A stretch of DNA of 64,000 nt from an uncultured Acidobacteriaceae bacterium (GTDB lineage: Bacteria; Acidobacteriota; Terriglobia; Terriglobales; Acidobacteriaceae), in the NCBI GenBank assembly GCA_963821315.1, contig CAWGDP010000009.1:89454-153453 (forward strand). Direction: 5' to 3'. Below are positions 58,406 to 64,000 of this stretch, piece by piece. The notes under the pieces are model-generated. The model was given only the letters and a program-made list of their open reading frames with translations, was not told where the DNA came from and did no database searches. The translations under genes and the position numbers were made by a program. Position 1 is the first letter of the stretch; every line of letters begins with the position of its first letter.

Positions 58406-59689
58406 TTAATTGTAGACAGGAACCTTCAGGCCGGTAACAGAAGAGATAGCCTGAGGATTATCGACTGCGTACTGCCGTGCGTCCACGTAGTAGCATCCTT
58501 CATTCGCCGTCGGGTTACCCGAAGCCGGATCGTAGATTTGGAACACCCACTGTCCGCTACGGTTCTTGAACCAGAACGGCGCCTTGCCCCACACCACCTT
58601 GAGCCAGGAACCGAACTCCATGAAGTCGATGCGTGAGTTATCCGCATGGATATTCCGCACCACCTCGCGGCCTGCGATGGTGAACTGGCCTACGTTCGCG
58701 GTGAGCCCGTCAAACCCCGGCATCTTGCCATTGGTCATCAGGATCTCCTGCTTGGCGAAGCCCATCTCCTCATACGCCTGGATCTGAGAAGGATGCGCAT
58801 GCCACACCTGCGACTTAAGCGCGTCCGTGCCCAGACTCTGCTCCACACGGCTGAGCGCCGCGCGCAACATGGGCAATGACAACGGAGCGCCGCCCGCGGC
58901 CACACCGTTCGCGACAACATAATTCTGCGTCCGGTTGATGCCGAGATACGTACCCGTGGTTGCGGTGTTATGGAAGTAAGGTATGCCGTACAGGAACACC
59001 GGGGTGGTCGCTGCGACGCCCGCGACCATGATAAAGTCCCCGGCGACTGTGCCCGACGGCACTGCATCCACGGTTATGGATTGCACCGACCCGAGCTTGT
59101 TGTTGACGTTGTTGACGTAACAGGTGCCGCGCAGGGTGTAGGTGTTACTCATCACCTGCAACTGCTGCCCCTGGGAAATAAGCCTGGCGCCCCAGGGGGA
59201 GGAGGCGAGCACAATCGGGTTAGCTCCGCCGCCGGCGTAGCTCGGATCCACCTGCGCGATCTTCCCGTCACCCGCCTGTTGCAGGAACTGGTCCCGATTC
59301 TTCGCCATCTGTACCGCGACATCGGCCAGCGTTTTGGTGACCGGGTTTTCCGAAACAACCTTAGGTCCACCCTCGCCGATAATGTCGACCAGCCGCGAAT
59401 ACTCAACTGGGATGACAGTTGCCAGAGGAGTCAGGGTACCCTGATCCCAGGCGCTGAAGTTGCCGGCCGGCAGAATGCCGCCGTCCAGGTTGAACAGCGC
59501 GACGTTGCCGGGAAACGCGGTCTGGAAGCGCAGACGAAAGCTGCGCAGGGAAACTGGAGTAATCGACCCGCGCTCGGAGATGCGGGCATCCAGTTTCGCC
59601 TCCTTTTCAATGAGCAGCTTGATGACCTCATTCAAGGCCTCGAGCTGCAGCTGCTGTGTAGTTGATGCGGTACCGATTACGTTCGACAT
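58406..59689 (-). CDS. phage major capsid protein candidate (427 aa)
   Basis: ORF 58406..59689 lies immediately downstream of the scaffold-like gene. The call rests on size, composition and position only. Confidence 0.55.
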   Translation of the reverse strand: MSNVIGTASTTQQLQLEALNEVIKLLIEKEAKLDARISERGSITPVSLRSFRLRFQTAFPGNVALFNLDGGILPAGNFSAWDQGTLTPLATVIPVEYSRLVDIIGEGGPKVVSENPVTKTLADVAVQMAKNRDQFLQQAGDGKIAQVDPSYAGGGANPIVLASSPWGARLISQGQQLQVMSNTYTLRGTCYVNNVNNKLGSVQSITVDAVPSGTVAGDFIMVAGVAATTPVFLYGIPYFHNTATTGTYLGINRTQNYVVANGVAAGGAPLSLPMLRAALSRVEQSLGTDALKSQVWHAHPSQIQAYEEMGFAKQEILMTNGKMPGFDGLTANVGQFTIAGREVVRNIHADNSRIDFMEFGSWLKVVWGKAPFWFKNRSGQWVFQIYDPASGNPTANEGCYYVDARQYAVDNPQAISSVTGLKVPVYN

Positions 59690-59739
59690 GTACCAAAGTC
59701 CTTATCTGCGGCGGGAACGCCGCGTTGCCTACGAATTTG

Positions 59740-61236
59740 TCACCGAGACGTCATCAGCTGCAGAACGCGAGGAAGAATCATTTCCCTCGCCACCTTGTCG
59801 AAGGGCTTACCCGGATTGGCTCGTTGCCACTCGGCCTGCGCGTGTTCGAAGGCTGCGCTTGAGGTCATCGTGGCGCCGCCACTGCTGGCTGGTCCGGTGG
59901 ATCCCTTGGGCTCGGTCTTTCTGGTGCTGTCGATCTGGGCGTCTACCTTGGCGCGTTTGGCTGCGGATGCATTGGCAATCTGCACCCCTGCCTCGCGTAA
60001 TTCTTCGCGCGCCACGTCGGGAAGATACTGCTGCACGGCCCGGTCAATGGCCGCGAGTCTGCGTTGGCGCGATGCATCGCCAATGGGCAGCCGCTGGAGA
60101 GAATGCATCTGATCCTGCAGCGCAGGGTTGGCCTGAATCTTGCGGATCAGCTTGGCGCCGATGGCTTTGGGGAGAATGTTCTTCAAGTAAGGACTGACGA
60201 CGCCGCCCTGTTTTTCCACGTTGGCAATGATCCTGCTGATGCCATCGTGGATACGTGTCTGGGCCTCTGTCTGCAATCCGTTTTCGAACGATCGTCTCTC
60301 CTCCACCTTCTCGCCATGCTGGCGCAAATTGAGCGCCCGTTCTCGCCGGTCCAGCTCATCGGCTCTGCGCTGGAGTGTATCTGGCTGTGCCTCTATCGCG
60401 GGGGAAGTAGCCGCGGATTCTTCCCTGAGGGTGTCCAGTGCATCTTTTACGCGTTGGTCGCGATTGCGTTCCTCCTCAGAGCGATAGCTATTCGCCTTGA
60501 GGCGTGCGTTTACATCCTGTGCGCGGTGTTCGAGATCGAGTCCCACCACGTTATCGACAAATCCAAAAAAATCCTCGCCGATGACCGGCTTGCCATTCTG
60601 CATCACCACGTTGCCGTCAGCGTCGCGTTCGTAGGAGAGTTCGGCAATCTTGCTGAGCGAAGCCATGGTGCCTTCGCGCGTGGTTGAGCCAAGGAAAGTC
60701 TCGCGCACGTCGATCCAAGTGGACGAATGGTCCTGTGCGGCTTTCGCCGAATCCAGGTCGGGAAATATCTCCCGGTAAGGCTTCAGCTCCGCCGCCTCGC
60801 GTGCCGTCTTATATAACTGTCCTTTCAGCCGCGAGTCAGCCTCGAGCAACTTCCCGAACTCAGGATTGTCGGTGACCATCTGGCTGAGAACTTCAGGCGT
60901 AACGACGGCCTCCAGTTCCAGCTGAAAATCCTCTTCGACCGGCGCGTCGCTCACCTCAACCGGCGTCTCAACTGAATCCGCGGTAGGCGAAGGAGGCTCC
61001 GGCCACGACGACGGGCTCCTCAGGCGGAGGACCTGTCCCGGCTCGCCGTGGATCGCACCCAGCTTCTCTTTCAGCAGAGCCGCAGCATAATCCTCGCGAA
61101 TAGGGAACTTGCCTGGGTCGACCGTAGAGGCCGGAACCGACCCGCCACCGCCAAACGAAGGAGCGGGAGCAGCCGGAGCCGGAGAAGCGATAGGAGCAGA
61201 TGCCGGAGCGGGAGCCGCAATAGTAGCTTCAGTCAT
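59740..61236 (-). CDS. phage scaffolding-like protein (498 aa)
   Basis: ORF 59740..61236. It has an Ala/Pro-rich N-terminus, then a long acidic, charged helical region (..RSEEERNRDQRVKDALDTLREE..). It sits between the portal-like and capsid-like genes. Confidence 0.5.
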   Translation of the reverse strand: MTEATIAAPAPASAPIASPAPAAPAPSFGGGGSVPASTVDPGKFPIREDYAAALLKEKLGAIHGEPGQVLRLRSPSSWPEPPSPTADSVETPVEVSDAPVEEDFQLELEAVVTPEVLSQMVTDNPEFGKLLEADSRLKGQLYKTAREAAELKPYREIFPDLDSAKAAQDHSSTWIDVRETFLGSTTREGTMASLSKIAELSYERDADGNVVMQNGKPVIGEDFFGFVDNVVGLDLEHRAQDVNARLKANSYRSEEERNRDQRVKDALDTLREESAATSPAIEAQPDTLQRRADELDRRERALNLRQHGEKVEERRSFENGLQTEAQTRIHDGISRIIANVEKQGGVVSPYLKNILPKAIGAKLIRKIQANPALQDQMHSLQRLPIGDASRQRRLAAIDRAVQQYLPDVAREELREAGVQIANASAAKRAKVDAQIDSTRKTEPKGSTGPASSGGATMTSSAAFEHAQAEWQRANPGKPFDKVAREMILPRVLQLMTSR

Positions 61237-61274
61237 AAGTCTTCTTTCTAAGCCCTAAATCTGCAACAAACGCT

Positions 61275-61513
61275 GGGTGCCCCATTCAAGCCGCTATTTT
61301 GGCTTGAGTGGGATACCACAAAACTCGACCCGCAGTTGTCAGTATCTAAGACGGCCTAAGTTAAAACAGGACGGGTGCCCCAGGTTCGCACCAGCGTACC
61401 TGGGATGAAAAAGAAGGGCGCAGCCCTACGATTGCTTTTGTGATAGTTGCGCAGATAAAAGCCATTGGTGGGGGACTACGCTGGTGCGAACCTGGGGCAC
61501 CCGTCCACTTCCT
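61275..61513. repeat. two REP elements between the portal and scaffold genes (copies of the 4675 hairpin family and the 55639 palindrome family)
   Basis: gggtgccccattcaagccgctattttggcttgagtgggataccaca at 61275-61320. The ggacgggtgccccaggttcgc...gcgaacctggggcacccgtcc palindrome at 61369-61513. Confidence 0.85.
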
Positions 61514-61516
61514 GTT

Positions 61517-61714
61517 TCAGCCGCCCAACTTATCCGCCAACTTGATCAGCGTATTAGCCGCCTGCACCTGGCCCTGAATACTTCCCCCAGTGACAGCCGG
61601 AGGAGTATGCATAAGCCCACCCACCGTATGCACCACATCCTCAATCTCATGCGGAGGAATCTGCGGCGCCTTCGGAGAACCCGCCTGTGCCACGACAGCC
61701 TTCTGCTGTGCCAT
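61517..61714 (-). CDS. small ORF (65 aa): either a separate gene or the shifted C-terminus of the portal protein
   Basis: The ATG at 61714 within track ORF 61517..61795 gives MAQQKAVVAQAGSPKAPQIPPHEIEDVVHTVGGLMHTPPAVTGGSIQGQVQAANTLIKLADKLGG. It overlaps the last 68 nt of the portal ORF in another frame. Confidence 0.35.
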   Translation of the reverse strand: MAQQKAVVAQAGSPKAPQIPPHEIEDVVHTVGGLMHTPPAVTGGSIQGQVQAANTLIKLADKLGG

Positions 61715-63962
61715 GCTCCGCCATCTGCTGCGTCTCCAGCGCAACCGCCGCCGTAAAGTACGCCAGCAAATTCTGCCAACCCGCCGGATTATCATCCGGA
61801 AGATCCGAGTTCTCCTGGCAATACTGCCGCACCACCTGCTTCAGCACCGTGAAGTCGTCGATCGACTTATCCGGCATGATCGTCGGCCTCACTTGTCCCG
61901 TAGGCCGTCCCGTTCGAGGATCAATGACCGGAACCGCCTCAGCCTCCAGCAGCCGCTCAATAATCTGCAACACCTTCGCCCGCATCGCCGCGCCGGGAAC
62001 CACCATATTCGGAACCCCAAGAGCCGTCGCCGCCTGCTCCTGGTTCGTAGGATCATCGAAGATCGCCTGCGCCACAGGATTGCTCGCCGCCGCTTGCATC
62101 AAATTCATCCACCGTTGCCGCAGCTCCGCGGCGGTAACGGGCAATCCCTGGTCAGTATCCGCGTACGCATGGACGCTCCCCTGCAGGTCATCCAACCGGA
62201 TGTAATCATTGCGAAACTCAGAACCCCGCTCCAGAATGACCTGCCGCATATCGCCCGTCAGATTATCCTTGGCGCAATTCACCGCCAGCTCATCGGCCTT
62301 CGCGTGTTCCTCTTTCAAGTTCTCCCAATAGATGTTCAGCTTGCCCAGCGCGGAGTTCAGCTGCTGTTGCTGCCCGCCAAACGTCTCTACCGAAGGGTCA
62401 CCCGTGCCCCCGTACACCTGCGGAGGAATCCCAGCGAACATCTGTGCGTTGTAGGCCAGCTTATCCAGGTAGCTGAAGGCCTCTTCATGCATCTGGAACT
62501 GGAACTGGTACAGAGCATCGGCCATGCGGATCGCGCCCGGAGCGCCCGTCCGTTTCAACTTCACCAGGTTCAGAACCCCGGGCAGCATCGGCTTGCCCTG
62601 CATCGACTTGGTATCGATCAGGTCCGCATTGGCCAGCGTCACTCCCGAGGAGCAGCGGTCCATAAACTCATGCAGGATGTTGGCCATGTCGTTGTAGCGC
62701 TTTTGAAAGGGAACAACAATGTCGCCAATCGACGGCGGATACAGCCCGAATCCCTCATGCGTACCCGCCCACGTCCACTCCTTGGTCAGCGAGGCGTCGC
62801 GCGCCGAAAGGAAAGTAGCGCCGGTGCTCACCAGCAGCAACCCATTCGGATACGTCGCCCGCATCCGCTCGCCGAATTCCTGGTCATCCTCCAGATCGAA
62901 AGCCCAGGGCTGAATCCACGTCCGCGACAGCGTCGGCCGCTGGTCTTGCAGGATGCTCGAAGACGCGCCCGTCTGCGAGTACACCTGCTGCCTGGCGATA
63001 CGGTCGATGCTCCCGTTGGCGGAAAGCTCACTGGTCGCGCTGGCCGCGATCTGGTCATACATATCCGGATACGCTGCCCGCAGCGCGCCCACGTGTACCT
63101 CGACCTCCAGGTTGAGAATCGGCGTCTGCCGCAGGTTGTTGGCCGACGGGTCGCAATCCACCTCCAGCGGAGAATAGAGGTTCTGCGCCACCATCCCATT
63201 GGGCACTTCCTCTTCGCCCACTTGTCTGACCACGGGCCCATACTCGGCAGGGAAGAACGAGTCCTCCGCCAGCGGCCGGTCGCAATGCGGGCAATGCCGC
63301 GCCAGCATACCCATCGCATCCGCCGGTGAAGTCGCTCCGCAATGGAAGCAATGGTAACGATCGGGCGCCAGCTGAGTCTCGGTCTCGTTGAAGACCGGCT
63401 CCCGCGAAGTGCCTGCGCGTTCTGCATCCACCACATAGCGGGTGTGCCGGAAGACCGCTCCGGTGGTGTAGAGATACAGCAGCTGTTGCTTGAGCAGCGA
63501 CTGCTCCCGGTTCTGCCGCTCAATGATGTCGATCAGCGTCTGCGCCGCTTTTGCCGTCGTTACATCGGAGAGCTGTTCCGCATCCTCCGGCATCCATTTC
63601 GATTTGGGAACCTGCGGGGCCAGCGCCGCCACAAAACCCGTCGCCAGCATCTGGTAAAAATTATTGCAATACTGATACAGGTCCTTATCGTCGGCGTCCT
63701 GCGCATGCTCCTCCTGGTGCATCCAGTCGACGGCATTGAAAAAATCCGACTCACCCGGACCGAAGGAAATAAATTGGTTGCCCTTAAAAAACTCCAGGTT
63801 CTCCAGGCACCGTTGCATCAGCACCATGCGGTCCTGCGACCACTGGTCTTTATAACTCCGCACCAGCGCAATCAACCGCTGCTGGTCTTCTTCGCTAAGT
63901 TGCGCGCTATTCTGCGGCTCATCGGCCGTGCCCTGCATCGGGTCCGACGGCGTATGCTCCAT
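61647..63962 (-). CDS. phage portal protein candidate (771 aa) with an inserted zinc-ribbon
   Basis: ORF 61647..63962. It is the first and largest gene of the portal, scaffold, capsid series. CFHCG...CPHCD pair at about residue 230. The call rests on size and position. Confidence 0.55.
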   Translation of the reverse strand: MEHTPSDPMQGTADEPQNSAQLSEEDQQRLIALVRSYKDQWSQDRMVLMQRCLENLEFFKGNQFISFGPGESDFFNAVDWMHQEEHAQDADDKDLYQYCNNFYQMLATGFVAALAPQVPKSKWMPEDAEQLSDVTTAKAAQTLIDIIERQNREQSLLKQQLLYLYTTGAVFRHTRYVVDAERAGTSREPVFNETETQLAPDRYHCFHCGATSPADAMGMLARHCPHCDRPLAEDSFFPAEYGPVVRQVGEEEVPNGMVAQNLYSPLEVDCDPSANNLRQTPILNLEVEVHVGALRAAYPDMYDQIAASATSELSANGSIDRIARQQVYSQTGASSSILQDQRPTLSRTWIQPWAFDLEDDQEFGERMRATYPNGLLLVSTGATFLSARDASLTKEWTWAGTHEGFGLYPPSIGDIVVPFQKRYNDMANILHEFMDRCSSGVTLANADLIDTKSMQGKPMLPGVLNLVKLKRTGAPGAIRMADALYQFQFQMHEEAFSYLDKLAYNAQMFAGIPPQVYGGTGDPSVETFGGQQQQLNSALGKLNIYWENLKEEHAKADELAVNCAKDNLTGDMRQVILERGSEFRNDYIRLDDLQGSVHAYADTDQGLPVTAAELRQRWMNLMQAAASNPVAQAIFDDPTNQEQAATALGVPNMVVPGAAMRAKVLQIIERLLEAEAVPVIDPRTGRPTGQVRPTIMPDKSIDDFTVLKQVVRQYCQENSDLPDDNPAGWQNLLAYFTAAVALETQQMAEHGTAEGCRGTGGFSEGAADSSA

Positions 63963-64000
63963 CCCTCGCTGGGGGTGGGGAACTTGCGTCTGCGAAGTCT

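Larger units (their letters stand above)
41560..64000. mobile_element. prophage-like region (partial; right end beyond the window, left boundary approximate)
   Basis: An AT-richer regulatory stretch at 41.56-41.83 kb is followed by HTH, hypothetical and DnaB genes on the + strand. A roughly 20-kb minus-strand late block then runs portal, scaffold-like, capsid-like, tail-like genes, and large terminase. No integrase, tRNA or att repeat was seen in the window. Confidence 0.75.

Noticed and set aside
61590-63329. 579-aa + strand ORF opposite the portal gene
   Set aside because: Extremely Arg/Leu/Pro/His-rich (RRIRR.., LRHRIARRRL..), which is typical of the antisense frame of a GC-rich gene. The minus-strand protein is compositionally normal and fits the phage gene order.

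Overview
This is a high-GC bacterial chromosomal window. The dense families of palindromic REP/MITE-like intergenic repeats resemble what I associate with Acidobacteriota (Terriglobia), but that is an inference and has not been checked. All functional calls come from reading motifs in the translations; no database search was possible.

Layout:
1. 1-4.6 kb holds a bacterial gasdermin (bGSDM) locus. A 271-aa gasdermin-like gene sits 5 nt upstream of a 479-aa clan-CD (gingipain/caspase-like) cysteine protease. It is divergently paired with a large CHAT + TPR-like protease that runs off the left edge and is absent from the supplied ORF track.
2. 4.7-10.1 kb holds metabolic genes: a hexose-6-P mutarotase, an alpha/beta hydrolase and a YjhG-like dehydratase.
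3. 10.2-12.2 kb holds a Fic / XRE-HTH 'mobile mystery protein' pair next to a MITE-like element, with three phased palindromic operators.
4. 12.2-21.5 kb holds an mdtA-mdtB-mdtC-OMF efflux operon.
5. 21.8-41.4 kb holds mixed housekeeping genes, a REP 'graveyard' with a tandem REP array, a roughly 1060-aa membrane-embedded patatin-like phospholipase, MscS, two paralogous secreted proteins, SulP, ROK, SDR, a methyltransferase and an SRAP peptidase.
6. 41.6-64 kb holds a prophage-like block. It contains a small replication module with DnaB on the + strand. On the - strand is a long late module: portal, scaffold, capsid, glycosyltransferase, tail genes, and terminase last. Opposite-strand inserts include a PIN/RHH toxin-antitoxin pair and a secreted YXWGXW protein.

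A striking technical feature is that about 20 genes are split by single-base frame disruptions, mostly at short homopolymers. No rRNA, tRNA or CRISPR array was found.
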